Positions 14,123-26,393 of a DNA stretch of 64,000 nt are shown piece by piece (position 1 is the stretch's first letter; each line of letters begins with the position of its first letter). The translations under genes were made by a program, and so were the position numbers. The notes beneath the pieces were generated by a model. The model was not told the DNA's origin, searched no databases, and saw only the letters and a program-made list of their open reading frames with translations. The DNA comes from Savitreella phatthalungensis (taxonomy: Eukaryota): positions 434,001 to 498,000 of the forward strand of contig AP039715.1 of the NCBI GenBank assembly GCA_051599415.1, given 5' to 3'.

Positions 14123-14679
14123 CTGTGCACAAAAAGATGTCCCTGTGACCTGCAGAAAAGTGTCCGAGGATTCGGCGAAACTTTAGTGGAAAATTGTGGA
14201 TAATAGTGTTTGCCAAAGTGCACTTAAGATTTCCTCTGAGTGGCGCACGTCACAGGCACGGCTCGAGCTAAAGCTCTGGACTGTCGATCATAAAACTCTT
14301 GTGCAATTTATGGATCATGCACGGGCTGAGCACTACTTCTGATTTACTTAAATCGTGATCACGTGTATCTCGTCTGATACTCATCTTTACGTGCTTGCGT
14401 CATTCGTGCTCAACTAATTTTGACCATGATCAGGATTTGCCGATCACAACACGGCTGAAAGTCAAGTCGATGTTCAGGTGCGTAGGGATGAGATGTAATA
14501 CAATGCTCGATCGTGAAGGCTTGCAAACGTTGTGAGTAAACGATTGCTTGTTTGCATAATTGTGTGCATTCACTTAAGCAGGGCAGGCCAGATAGATGGC
14601 GAGTGCGGCTTTGCTCGCACTCCCTGCGGTCCAATATCCGAACCCGTTAAACTTTCATTTGAGTTGTCCGAACCAGGAC

Positions 14680-15238
14680 TCATGCACCCACCGCAGCCTC
14701 CTTCGCTGCTAACTTTTCGCTTTTCGACTTCTCTTGCAGCAGCTGCTTCTCGTGCTGCGCCAGGCCCTGGTCAGGATGATCGCGATGCCATTTGTAAGCC
14801 TATGTCGCGTGGTCAGTTACTCGATCCAAGTTGCATCGATGAAATCTTCGCGTTACCCTGAAAAACTGGTAGCCACCACCGATTCCGACCGACGCATTGA
14901 TGGCCGCGAGCGCGTAATTTTTCGGTGTGATCACGAAGCACCATCTTGTCCAGATGGATCCAGTGACCATGAGCGCACCCTGTTGAGACATCGAGATTTG
15001 CTCGGCGGGACGAAAATAGTCTGCAAATGAAGCTCCTGCAACACACTAAACATCCTTATCAGCAAGCTGGAAATGCGGAATCACTTTCGCTGTCTTACTA
15101 GCTTAGCGACTGGCGCCCAGAAATGAGAGGTCTTCGGTCCGACGGGACTCTGATCGGTCAGTGGTTGATACTTGTGATAAAGTTAACTTGATAAAGTGAT
15201 TCACATACATTCAGCATTTGGCTGAAGCGCGAGGCCAT
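14680..15238 (-). CDS. MPC2: Mitochondrial pyruvate carrier 2 (4 exons)
   Basis: Spliced by hand over three short GT-AG introns: MASRFSQMLN|SPVGPKTSHFWAPVAKL|CVAGASFADYFRPAEQISMSQQGALMVTGSIWTRWCFVITPKNYALAAIN...YQFFR|AYKWHRD...VGA*. Confidence 0.88.
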
Positions 15239-15989
15239 GTTGAATACGATGGCTCGCAAAGCTCTAGAGCTGCAGCGGATGTTCAGGAAGGGCCGCGCCT
15301 TTTTTCTCCAGCTCCCAAACCTGGGCTGACGATTGAGGGCTAAATGAGAGAGTTGTCGAAGCGCGTATCGACCCCGCAAGCGTTGGGTGGGATTACAATT
15401 TGCGCCGAACACGTTTCGAGACGTACGACAAAAAGCTTGGATCGACAATCAGTGGTTTCACATTTCGAATGCTGTATTCTAATGCACCAAAATCGCAGAA
15501 TCGTTACAAGGCAGACAAGATATGTGAGGTCCGATCGAGAAGGCGAGCGTATCCACGTGTCTTACGACACTTTGTGCGAATATCGTCGGATATACTGAAC
15601 TTAATTATATATAATTGATATGTACGTACGTATGGATTTCATGAAATGTCAAATATATGGAGTTGAAAAATCAATTCTACATCATGCATAATTAATTATA
15701 TCTTCTCGAAAGCGATCTCTCAATCGGTCAGATCAGATTTGATAGAGATCTTGATCCATATTTACTGGCTGTATTTAAGCCAGACATATTTGTAGCTGAG
15801 GTTGCCTACGATCACGTGTCAAGCTACGCCTGCCGGGCCCAAATTGGGTGCGTGAGAAAAAATAATCGATTTCTTCCACCTTGATAACCACATTCGACAA
15901 CCATATTGAGAAAGCCATCGTCAGTCGACCCGCTGGCCGAAGCACAGAGATATACTTGAACAGGAACGCAAGCGTAGAAATCTAAGCAG

Positions 15990-16379
15990 ATGGCTAAGTT
16001 CTCAAACGACGTTACTTCGTCCCGCCGCAAGCAGCGGAAGGCGCATCTTTCGGCGCCGTCCTCGGAGCGTCGAATCCGCATGTCCGCTCCGCTAGCAAAA
16101 GAAGAGCGTGAAGTATACGGCATTCGTTCTTTGCCTATTCGCATCAATGATGAAGTGCGCATCACTCGTGGCAAGAACAAAGGAAAGGAGGGAAAGATTG
16201 TCTCGGTGTACCGCAAAAAGTATGTCATCCACATCGAGCGTGTCACCCGGGAGAAGGTCAACGGCGCTTCTGTACCCGTAGGGATCGACGCTTCAAAGGT
16301 CGAAATCATCAAAGTTGCGCTGAATAAGGACCGTTCAGATCTCATCACTCGCCGCGGCGGTAAGGTGGAGAAGAAGTGA
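15990..16379 (+). CDS. RPL26: 60S ribosomal protein L26 (uL24)
   Basis: [31 protein letters not shown]-like [31 protein letters not shown]. Confidence 0.97.
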   Translation: MAKFSNDVTSSRRKQRKAHLSAPSSERRIRMSAPLAKEEREVYGIRSLPIRINDEVRITRGKNKGKEGKIVSVYRKKYVIHIERVTREKVNGASVPVGIDASKVEIIKVALNKDRSDLITRRGGKVEKK

Positions 16380-16828
16380 TTTGCATTAGTTTTGCAGGCC
16401 AGAGTCTGCCGCATGCACCTCTGGAACGGAACGCCGCCCTGCTGCGCTTAGCGTTTGTCAGATCTCAGAAGGCCGCGATGATAATATGGCATATGATCGC
16501 CATTCGTCCTGATAGGATTGCAACTCACAGGCACAGATTTTCAATGCAAAGCATGTTGTTACCCTCAAGTCCGACGAGTCGTTTCGACAATGGTCATCAG
16601 GCCGTTGTCTTCGAGTCACAGGCAACCCATCCATGAATCCTCGAAGCCAACACTCGACGTGGCTGAGAAGTTATAGCCCCGTGCCAGATGAAGAAAGGTC
16701 CTGAGATAAGATTAGGGGGTTCATCAATGTCCTGTTCCGAGCAGTCGTCAAGCTGCTTCATTCGTGTCTAAAATGAGCTAAGTGGGAGTGTTGCGTGGAA
16801 GCTACTACCGATATCTCCGGATTTGCCG

Positions 16829-17902
16829 TCACACGCGCTCAGTTTCCGTGGAATTATGGCATGGCTCATCATCGCTTTTTGCAATAGCAGAATCGCTCCC
16901 GCAAACGTCTTCTTGTTCCGACTCATCGGAGCTCTCTGTATCATGCCGCCGATATTGAGCGAGATCGAATTCCTCGTCTTCGCCATCATCCTCATAATCT
17001 TCGAGCAGCAATTCAGGCTTGAAAGTGAACACTTCGCGCCCGGAGAGACCAGTCAGTTTGTTCGCTCGCCTCTGCTGCTCTTTGTGCTTTGCGTCTTCGC
17101 TAGATGCCTCTTCCTTGCGCTTGACACGCTCGGATTTCCATTTGTTGAAGGAATCGAGCGTCACGGGCGTGCGTATGCCGGTGATTTTATGCCGCTCAAC
17201 CTCGAGAAATTCCTCCAGAGATACCTCGCTCTCTTTGTCTTTCTTCTTATCGTCCTTGTTCTTCAGAACGAATCCGGGGGGAAGAGAGTGCCGATATTGA
17301 CAATCATCACCGTTATTTGGGCAGATCCAGAACCACCCGTACTTACGCGACTCGACAGCCTCAAGGAAGTACTTGCAGACGATCTCCGTGGTCGTTTTTG
17401 GGTTGCCTGACTTTGAAAGCACCACCTTACGCAACTTTTCCTCGTCCCAATTCTCCATGAGATCATTCGCTTTATCCAGTGAGCCATCCTTGTCACGTAC
17501 ATCTGTGTAGAGATCCTTCTTGGCAGACTTCCGGTCCGCTTCCAGATTGTGACTGAACTTGCACCGATTGCCCTTTTCGCACCGACCAGCTTTGTAATAT
17601 GCACACAATACGGTTTTCGGATCGACACCAAAGGGTACCTTCTGCACGGGCTGCATGGTGTTAAACAGCGCATTGAGTTCCTCCTTCTTAGCTGCCTCTG
17701 CCTGTTTCTTTGCGCTCAGGGCAGCTTTGCGCTGTTCAGCGGCCTTTTTCTCCTTGGGATTGCCTGCTGCGGCCTCCTGTTGCTTGACCTGAGCGACATG
17801 AGCTTGCACTTTTGCAGACTTGTTCTTGTTCTTGAGGCCGAAGGTCTTATCTGGCTTGACCTTCGACGACTTTTTCTCCTGCTGCATTCCCTTGGGAGCC
17901 AT
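16829..17902 (-). CDS. TMA46: Translation machinery-associated CCCH zinc-finger protein (Tma46/ZC3H15)
   Basis: DKTFGLKNKNKSAKVQ, QKVPFGVDPKTVLC, two CCCH fingers, KYGWFWICPNNG; ATG at 17902. Confidence 0.95.
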   Translation of the reverse strand: MAPKGMQQEKKSSKVKPDKTFGLKNKNKSAKVQAHVAQVKQQEAAAGNPKEKKAAEQRKAALSAKKQAEAAKKEELNALFNTMQPVQKVPFGVDPKTVLCAYYKAGRCEKGNRCKFSHNLEADRKSAKKDLYTDVRDKDGSLDKANDLMENWDEEKLRKVVLSKSGNPKTTTEIVCKYFLEAVESRKYGWFWICPNNGDDCQYRHSLPPGFVLKNKDDKKKDKESEVSLEEFLEVERHKITGIRTPVTLDSFNKWKSERVKRKEEASSEDAKHKEQQRRANKLTGLSGREVFTFKPELLLEDYEDDGEDEEFDLAQYRRHDTESSDESEQEDVCGSDSAIAKSDDEPCHNSTETERV

Positions 17903-18431
17903 GCCGAGCAACGGGATACACAACAGCCGTCTCTTCGCTGTGGTTTTTATGCCGCACCGTCGATGATGTACCAGGCCGATAAGGCGAATGTATAGATCGT
18001 CTGAGAAGTCACCCTCTATGAACGATAAATAACATGATCAGTCCCGGACGCAAAAAATCCAGCGTCTCACAATTCGAGGTGCAGTAAGTAAGAATATCTG
18101 ACCACTGCAGTCGACGAATGAGCAATTGATGCAGCGATTTGTGTAAAGTATAATTTATATCAGTGTACTCGATTATGCCCTTGGACGTGGAATCGCCACA
18201 TAGCCGGGAGCAGCCATATCTTGCGCATATGGGGATCATAGCCCGGCGTGGGCATTCCCGACCCCAACAGGTGAGCAAAACGCAGCGGGTTGTAACATGT
18301 GCTATCAGGGATGCGCTTGGCAAACCAGGCCGTGAAGACCTTCCGACCGAAGTGTCCAGCGGCAGCAGAAAGGTCTCGGATCAAGTGCGAGGAGTACCCG
18401 TGAAATTTCTGATCTCCTCGAGAAGCGGCGA

Positions 18432-19039
18432 TCACAATATCAATGCAAGAATGGCCACAAACAGCGTGTGTGCCCAAATGGGAAGGATCTCAGCTCGAAG
18501 ATTCGAAGCAGCATTGACGCGAGCTGAGGCACTTGGTGAAGTTGCGCTTGGTTGTGTATTTGACGCTGTGACAAATACAATTCCCGTGGAAGTCGAAAGG
18601 GTGCCACTAGGACCTGCCACTATCGTCGTCATCGTGATGGGACCGAGAGCAGCGTTCGAAGACGGCGCAAGGCTGGACGGTGTACGTGAGGAGCTTGTCG
18701 AGGATGTGCTGCTCTGTGAGCTGCTTCGCGCAGGAGAGTTCAGAGAGGAGCGCAAGGTGGAAGACGCGGATGAAGGGGCCGATGAGCGTAGCGAGCTGCT
18801 GGCTGATGAGGCCTGTATTGTCGAAGCAGAGGATACGGCAGAAGATATGCTATGTTATTCACTGGTTAGTGGTCGAATCGTCTTTCGTTCGAGTCAGCGT
18901 ACCCAGAGTTGGCTCCCAGAGACGCAACAGACAGACTGCTTGGGGAAGAACCATTGACGATCTGCCTAGGTTGTACCCTGCCGTGAGCTCCGGTCGCCAG
19001 GAACAACAGAGCAGACCCGCAAAGCAACGTGCTCAGCAT
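18432..19039 (-). CDS. Secreted Ser/Thr-rich, probably GPI-anchored cell-surface protein (2 exons)
   Basis: Signal peptide MLSTLLCGSALLFLATGAHG; intron 18850-18902 (GTACGC...ACTAAC...TAG) restores the frame into the Ser/Thr-rich exon; hydrophobic C-terminus NAASNLRAEILPIWAHTLFVAILALIL. Confidence 0.75.
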
Positions 19040-19932
19040 CGTGAAAATCCCAGACTTTATATTCGTCCTGAGACGCGCCTTGCAGTTGAACAACGATCGA
19101 AAGCGTTCCAATTGCTAGACTGCCGAAGCAGGGTCTCCGTGTTCGCGCGTTGTCCAATCCAACTTGGCAATGGTCTACCCATATGCGATTGACGGCAGTG
19201 TCTTAGGCAGGAAATTCGCCAAGGTCTGGATGAACTACATCTGGTTTGACTACAGACCAATCAGCGAAGAGTCCGTTGGTTCCAGTCAAGCGTAGATAAT
19301 TATTTCTCAACGTCCCAGTATCACACGTGCCCCACCAAGCCATCAGACATTGAAAGCATATATCTGTGCCGTTATGTCCACGGATACATCTCGGCCATCC
19401 AGATAGATTGAGATATCGATCATGCGAACGCATTTAGGAGGTTTCTGTTTTGGGGCCACTCTTCTTAAGGAAACGCACAATTTGAATACAAGCAAAATCA
19501 ACAAAGTTGCAATCCGGTCGTCCATCTTTAATTGTCGTGAGGCATCGGATCTATTCAAAGAATCGTCTGTTTGTTGGCCATTACGACGAAATTTAATGAG
19601 TTGCAACTCAACCGTATACGTTGTTATGAATGAAGGTAAGCTGAAGATCTGTACTAGTAATCTTGTGCTCATCTCGAGCAGCATTGGAATTCGGGTACAT
19701 TTTCTGCCTGGCCCTTGTACGACGTGGCGCATAACTTCATCACCGCCTGATATTCAGTGTTCAGATTGATCACAGACAATGCTACGTCAGTCAATGGACT
19801 CAATTAGAGGATGGCAAGACCCCGCGGAAAAGTGGAAGTCGTTTCTGCCGCCCACTCTCAAGATTTGAGCGAGTATTTGAACTCCTGACGGCCGAAAGAT
19901 ATGCCGGTCCCCTCGCAGAGATCAACAGGAGC

Positions 19933-21921
19933 ATGAGCCAGCCCGAAGCTGCGCCCATGCCATCTTCGAGCTCGTATCGACGGACCTTGCGGCTCATACG
20001 CGACCGCTTCTCGAGCCAAGCGCAGCAGTGGAGAGATCAGCTGCCGCATAAGAGCGAGCACGCTAAGGCGATTCGTGCCGGCGCATTCGACGGCGCCATC
20101 GACGAAAATCTGGAACTGATTAAGAAAGCGGAACCGGTTTCAAAACGAGACGTCGTCTTATTCCCGACATATGCGAAGCGCAATTCTCGCAATGACAATG
20201 TCTTGGTGAACGTCCATGGCTGGGTCCATTCATACGACACTGCGGGCCGTCAGACGAAGCGCAATCGGTACACTATGATGCTGGCAAGGAGTGTCGCTGG
20301 TTTGCCATCTCTAATTCAGATCCCTCAATCGGAATCACTCGCGTCTGCCCGACTGCTTAAAGCGCAGATCAGCGATCGAGAACAGTCTGACACTTCAGAT
20401 CCAAGCACAATGAGAGGTAGCCAGCCACGCCTGGCGCTGCGGCGCGCGCTGACTGATCTGCCCTCGTCAGCTGCCTCGAATGGAGAGCACGCCTCATCGA
20501 TTCGCGTCGAGAGAGACAGGTTGTCTGACCATACATTTCTCGGCAGCGCGAAGCATGTCTTACAGCGCAAGGAGGTGCCTTCAGCTATACAACCATCTGG
20601 ACAGCTATCAGGTTCCTCGAAGTCAGACGAAATGCCAAAATCCCCCAAATTCGAACGCCATTACGGCGATCATGACCTGGCGACCTGTCACGCGAACCTG
20701 ACGACTCGAATTGCTCCATTTCTTTCACGTCCAGTTTCGGGTCGCAACATGCGAGCACGGGTTTTTGATTCGGACATGGAGCTGGCCACGGAAGTCCTCA
20801 CAACAAATGACGTCGGGCACTTCCGGACACAGCTTAAGGTCTCAGGATGTGCAGCCAGCGCGAAGTCATTACAAGTAGTGGTCGGTTTCGCTGACTCCGA
20901 CCAAGACGTCGCGCGAATCGATGTAGAAGTCATCGATCAAGACGGTATCTCGATCATTTCAGACATGGATGATACAGTCAAGCATACAGGCGTTGTCGAT
21001 GGCATGCGCGAGGCTTTTCGGAATGCTTTCGTCAAGGATCTTTGGCGACTGGAAATCTCCGGAGTGCGTCAGTGGTATGCGAGAATGGCACAGACAGGCT
21101 CCGTGCTGCACTATGTTTCTAATGCTCCGTATCAGCTCTGGCCAACGTTGGCGAGCTTTATCAGGACAACGAAATTGCCCACAGGGAGCGTGCATTTGAA
21201 AGCTTATTCCGGCGTGCTTCAAGGCATTTGGGAACCAGCCGCGGACAAGAAACGCGCCAGCGTTGAATCGATCCTTGTTGATTTCCCGCATCGAAAATTC
21301 CTCCTGATTGGCGACAGTGGCGAACAAGACCTGGAGCTCTATACCGAATTCGCATTGCTCCGGCCACATCAAATAGCAGGAATATTTATCCGCAATGTCA
21401 GTACCGAGCGCGACTACACGTCCACAGGCGTAACTCCGACAGGAATATCTGGCGAAGATTTCTTTACCTCCGGTGCTGGAGATCACTTCATTGATCCAGT
21501 ATTGCCACTGGAGATGCAGCCGCACGAATGCCTCGAGGGCTCAAATGATTATCTGGCTCGCAAGCCTCGGCCGGGAGTCGCGCGATCTCTGAATGGCTTG
21601 GATCTTGTGGACGTCAAGAATGTTCGGGCTGTGGAAAAACACAGCGACCAGGCTCATCGCAAAACGCCACAGCGACCGCTTCTTGGAAGAAGCTGGTCCG
21701 CTGCATCGTTCGAGTTGTCCCTATCGAAGAGCAATCTCTTGGGTCTTCCTGCTGCGAGCCGTGCACTGGACGCGCAGCAACGCAAGCAAGAGAATTGGGC
21801 GCGACGCATCCAACGTGCGCGTTCCCACTTACCAGCGCACGTCAAGATTTTTGTCTGGCGTGACGGGACAGATGTTCAAGAGCATGCTATGGAGCTGATT
21901 CGCCACTACTCGAATCACTGA
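19933..21921 (+). CDS. APP1: Phosphatidate phosphatase App1 family
   Basis: VVLFPTYA, GISIISDMDDTVK (DxDDT), HYVSNAPYQLWP, FPHRKFLLIGDSGEQDLELY. Confidence 0.9.
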   Translation: MSQPEAAPMPSSSSYRRTLRLIRDRFSSQAQQWRDQLPHKSEHAKAIRAGAFDGAIDENLELIKKAEPVSKRDVVLFPTYAKRNSRNDNVLVNVHGWVHSYDTAGRQTKRNRYTMMLARSVAGLPSLIQIPQSESLASARLLKAQISDREQSDTSDPSTMRGSQPRLALRRALTDLPSSAASNGEHASSIRVERDRLSDHTFLGSAKHVLQRKEVPSAIQPSGQLSGSSKSDEMPKSPKFERHYGDHDLATCHANLTTRIAPFLSRPVSGRNMRARVFDSDMELATEVLTTNDVGHFRTQLKVSGCAASAKSLQVVVGFADSDQDVARIDVEVIDQDGISIISDMDDTVKHTGVVDGMREAFRNAFVKDLWRLEISGVRQWYARMAQTGSVLHYVSNAPYQLWPTLASFIRTTKLPTGSVHLKAYSGVLQGIWEPAADKKRASVESILVDFPHRKFLLIGDSGEQDLELYTEFALLRPHQIAGIFIRNVSTERDYTSTGVTPTGISGEDFFTSGAGDHFIDPVLPLEMQPHECLEGSNDYLARKPRPGVARSLNGLDLVDVKNVRAVEKHSDQAHRKTPQRPLLGRSWSAASFELSLSKSNLLGLPAASRALDAQQRKQENWARRIQRARSHLPAHVKIFVWRDGTDVQEHAMELIRHYSNH

Positions 21922-22029
21922 TTGATACGCGACTCGAAGCTAGCAACAGAGAGGATCACACGCGCGACCAAACATAGCTCCGTTTGCGCAAAGGATCAAT
22001 GCTCATATGGACACCTTGGAACAACGCGA

Positions 22030-23213
22030 TGATGCCTGTATCAGGATATTCGTGCTTATTCGTAATGTCTGTCCGAAGGAGGTCTTTCTTCAGTCAATGC
22101 CTTTGTCGAGCTGCTGTGCCTTAGAATGCAGAGTCTCAGCTTGTAGGGCAGCTGTAGTCGTATTTGAAATTGGAACCTTGAACTCCTGCTGTTCGCAGCT
22201 ACTTGCAGCTTCTTGATGAGGCGGTCTATCTGTCGCTCTCTGCTAGTGCATGCTCTAGCATCTCATATTGCTCTTTTCCAGCCAATGAGGTTGCATGTGT
22301 TGATTCACATTGTAATCTTGGGCAGTCTATGGGCTGTGTTGGTACATCAAGTGGCCAAGGTAGGCCTGCCTGTGATCTTGGCGGCTTCTGCAGCAGGCCT
22401 AAGAAAATTGATGTGTTGCGCAGGCCTCAGCGCATAGTCTGGCATCGATAAAGCCAGATTTCGGCTACTTTGAAACCCTGTGTTGTATACTGCCGCGTGA
22501 GTGCCGTGCGCCAGTAGCGTGGGAAGGCAGAAACACATTCTCTGCATTCCCAAGGTTTAGTTGATAGTCAAGTGCCTTCAAGGCCTGTCCACAGTGGTTG
22601 TTCAAAGGGGACAGATTGATCACAGTAGGCCAAGAACCTGTGTGAAGTGTGAGCTATGGACAGGCAGATTAATCAATTTAACATCATATTTTTCAGCGCA
22701 TTTGTACTTAAGCTTGTGCATGGCATGCACGTTGGTGCCATCAATGATACGGAGGCAAGTCTTTGGAGGATTGCGCACTGCAGCAAGCAGGAAGACCTCT
22801 GATGGCAAATAAAGGATTAAGAGGGACATCAAGAAGCTGTTCTTTGAGTGGAACATGCATACAGCAATGACAGGTGTGCCTAGGTACACTGACTCTGCAG
22901 GAGGCTGCAGTCCAGCCTCTGCTGCCTTTCCACAGGCACTCCTCTTGGTCAGCATTTGTTCAAAGATCAGTATTGGCTGTAAATATGCACCTGCAGCAGG
23001 AACACAGACTACACAGAAAACTGTTCTGCAATTGTGCTTATCTGCAGCAACTGCATGCTGAGCAGCCTCTGCAGCAAAGCAGTGGTCACCTGAAAGGACT
23101 GAGAATGGCCCATCAAGCTGCCTAATATGTCTGCATTCCAGATATTCTCCAGGAGTATTGCTCAATCATTAAGGTAGTTCCTTTGGTAGCTCAAAATAGA
23201 TGCCAAAAGCAAC
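22030..23213 (-). pseudogene. Degenerate pogo/Fot1-type transposase remnant, cut at its 5' side by the neighbouring element
   Basis: Fragments AAGAYLQPILIF, LRIIDGTNVH, LPVHSSHFTQVL and AALQAETLHSKAQQLDKGID align by eye with the transposases at 23.3-25.1 and 29.6-31.4 kb; stops and frameshifts; nearly CpG-free; boundaries approximate. Confidence 0.8.
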
Positions 23214-23215
23214 TA

Positions 23216-25126
23216 AAGTCGAAACACCTTGAATCAATCACCTTTGATTTTGTGCAGAAGGTAAAGATGCGTTGAACATGTCACCATCTACCTTGAAGGC
23301 AGTCTGCTGCCTCACCTAGCATCTATTGACGCGATGCCTTTTGAGAACTGCGTGGACTACTATGCTGCTTGAAGAGACAGCAAAAAACCATTAATTTGTG
23401 ATGCTGCAGCAGAATACAGGGTTTCACCCAGTACTCTGAGGCATTGGCTACAGAACAGCAATAGGACTGCCTCAAAAGCCGCCAGAGAGCGCCAAAAGCT
23501 GACAGAGACACAGGAGGCGGCCATGGTAGACATGCTGCACAAAAGGTCTGCAGTAGGCTATCCTATGACTCCCATGGAGGTCACTAGCCTAGCAGACAAA
23601 TTTTTTGAAGCCTGCAACAGCACAGAGCACCTTGGAACTCGCTGGTTTCCTTCCTTCAAATCATGCCATCCTGGCATCCACACAGTGCGCAGCAATTGCA
23701 TTGACCACAGCTGCATGTACGCTGTGGATTCAGCCACTGTGGATGCCTATTTCAAAGATCCTAGGCACCTATCTTTGAGAGGAAGCAATCCTGCCTGAGG
23801 ATATCCGGAATGCCGATGAATCTGGCCTCATGATGGATCATACCCAGTCCTCCCAGTTGGTGGCCCCACTGCTGCAGAAGGGTAGGAAGCGTGCTATGAC
23901 AGCAAACAATGGAGATTGCAAAACAGTCTCCTGTATGGCCTGTGTCTCTGCTGCAGGTGCTCATTTACAGCCAGTTCTGGTGTTCAGGCAGACCAAAGCA
24001 AAGAGACAGGCCTGTGGGAAGGCTGTGGCGGCTGGGCTGGTGCCTTCTGACAAAGCAAAGTACCTAGGCACGCCTGAACATGCTGTATGCGTGTTTCATT
24101 TGTAAAAACGGCTTCATTACTTCCCAATTGATTGTCCAATGGCTACATGAGGTCTTTCTGCCTGCAACAGCATGCAATCCACTGAGGACTTGCATCCTAG
24201 TGATTGATGGCGCCTGCAATCACGCCATGCACAATGTCATGCATGAATGCTGAAAAATTGATGTCAAAACTTGTTTACCAGCCTGCCCACAGCTCCCAAT
24301 TCACATAGCTGCTCAACCTAGCTGTGTTCTCACCTCTGAAGAATTACTATGGGCAGGCAGTGAAGGTTCTGAGCCACAGGCTAGCAGGAAAGCCGTGGCA
24401 ATGCAAAGAATTCATCTCTCTTTTTTGGTGCCTGGGGCAAGGTGCTGAGGCAGCAAATTGTCACCCAAAGCTTCAGAACAGCAGGCATCTGGCCCTATGA
24501 CCCACAAGCAGTGCGCCAAAGCCTGCTCTCCCACAACAATTCAGTCAAACCTGCCTCAGAGGCAGGAAAAAAGGCAGAATGGCCTGCCTTGGCCACCCTG
24601 ACCACCAATGCAGCTGATACACTGCCTGAGCCGGTCAAAGCAACAGACGCAATGCTGCAGGCAACTGGAAAAGAGCAATATGAAGTGCTAGAGCTAGCAC
24701 TTGCAGAGAATGTGCAAAATCATTGCCTCATTGATGAACTGAGAACAGCTGCAGAACAGCATCAGTCCATGATTGCCAATAGAGATGAAACTATAGCAGC
24801 CCTGCAGGCCAAGGCCTTGCGTCCTAGGGTAGCCTCCAAGGCACAGCAGCTGGCTAGAGGAGTGGACTGGCTAAATGGACTGCTGGGAAAAGACTACTCA
24901 GATATGAGGTGGCACTGGATTACAGCAAAGGCAAACGCTGCTAAGATTGAGCCCAGAGCATGAATACAGGCACAGAACCAGGCTGCCTTACTTTTGGAGC
25001 TAGTGCTTGTAATAACATTGAATAGCAAGCAATCTATGGAGAAGGTGCCTTCAAGGAGGCGACAAAAAAAGGGTCTGTGAAATTGATTAATATTAAAAAG
25101 GTGATCAATTCTAGGTGTTTCGACTT
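23216..25126 (+). mobile_element. Full-length but inactivated pogo/Fot1 (Tc1/mariner superfamily) DNA transposon, about 1.9 kb
   Basis: About 30-bp imperfect TIRs (AAGTCGAAACACCTTGAATCAATCACCTTT vs reverse complement AAGTCGAAACACCTAGAATTGATCACCTTT), TA at 23214-15 and 25127-28; HTH region (AAAEYRVSPSTLRHWL, LGTRWFPSFK), NADESG, LVIDGA, PAHSSQ; many stops and frameshifts. Confidence 0.9.
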
Positions 25127-25222
25127 TAATTTTAGCTTGATTCTTCAATAAAACTTAGTCAATTTTACGGGGAAAATCATCTTTAAGCAGGCCAGATCTG
25201 TGGACATCTTCACTCTGCTACC

Positions 25223-25720
25223 ATGGCAAAGGAAAAGCCTGCAGAAAAGCAATACAACCTTGGAGCACACAGTGTTCTCATGAGGTCAAGCTTGAGATTG
25301 CTGAAAACGCTAAAAGGGGGTTGATCTCATCAAGCAGCCCTGGACTACTTTACCAAGCGCTACCGAGGCCATGTCATCCACGAGGCAAATATCAGCAATA
25401 GGTGCAAAAATGCTGACAGCATCCAAAAGAACCCAGTCTATGAGGCCTGATCTGGCTAGTTTGTCGAGGAGCAGGGTAATCAGATACCCTGCATTTACCC
25501 AGGCACCTGAGGTCTGGAACAATGAGACTTTGTAAAGGAATGAGTGCCTTATCAGCACACATTATCTGCCTTTATGCCAAGAAGTTGAGTGAATTTTAGG
25601 AAGTGTCAGGACAAGGAAGGATGGACAAAACTGGACTCAAAGCTCTGAGCAGGGTGGCTGCAGTCACTTCAGAAGCAACTGCAAATGAGATGTTCTTGGA
25701 TGCTTCAGAGAAATTGTCTA
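25223..25720 (+). pseudogene. Possible degenerate CENP-B/Tigger-like transposase N-terminus
   Basis: Broken frames give YPAFTQAPEVW... and KL*AGWLQSLQKQ, reminiscent of the CENP-B-type HTH; the CpG-poor composition continues to about 26100; no TIR found. Confidence 0.35.
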
Positions 25721-26393
25721 ATCTGAACAAGGTGAAAACACATCAATATTGACAACTACACAGGAGCCACCTGCAGAACCTGAGTAGCCCATACATCCAC
25801 AAAGATTGCATCAAGTTGCAGCAAGATACAGGGGTGCTTTGCAGAGCTTCTTTATGTTACCAGGCACTAGATCCAGGGAGCTAGAGGCATTGCTCATGCA
25901 GCTTGTTTCTGAAGCACCTTTGCCAGTTATGAGACGGATCTTTTGAGGGACTTCATGATCAGACACCCTCCAACTTGAGCCTGTCTGCTGATTTGACTGA
26001 CCTCAATTTTGAGGAAAGTTGAGAAGATAATGGACTCGCCTCTCTAAATTCTGAGCCAAGTGACATTCTGTCCACTTTAGGCAGAGTCAAATTTGAACTG
26101 CGCCAATTTTAGGATCCACTTTAGTGGTTAATAAAATGATATTTTGCCAGGTCTCAGAGACATCAGGCAATAGATTTCGGAAAGCAGACCAAGAAAGTCT
26201 GATCACGAACACGTACTCGAGGGAACGTCTGACGAAAAATCGCGCCGTAAGCTCAGGGTGTGGTTCATCAGTAGGGCACCAAATTCTTTGGCCCCGCGGT
26301 TATACAGCCTCGCGCATCCGCACTGCTGATGTTGAGCTGTAGCCGCGACTCTAGACAAGTTTTTGTGATGTGCATAGTGCTTCGTGGCATATC

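Noticed and set aside
16570..16605. Hammerhead-like CTGATGA-N8-GAAAC...GTC on the minus strand
   Set aside because: No stem II pairing and no stem I complementarity
18163..18957. 264-aa plus-strand ORF (similarly the 268-aa minus-strand ORF at 56123-56929)
   Set aside because: Antisense shadows of Ser/Thr-rich cell-surface genes, with no independent motifs
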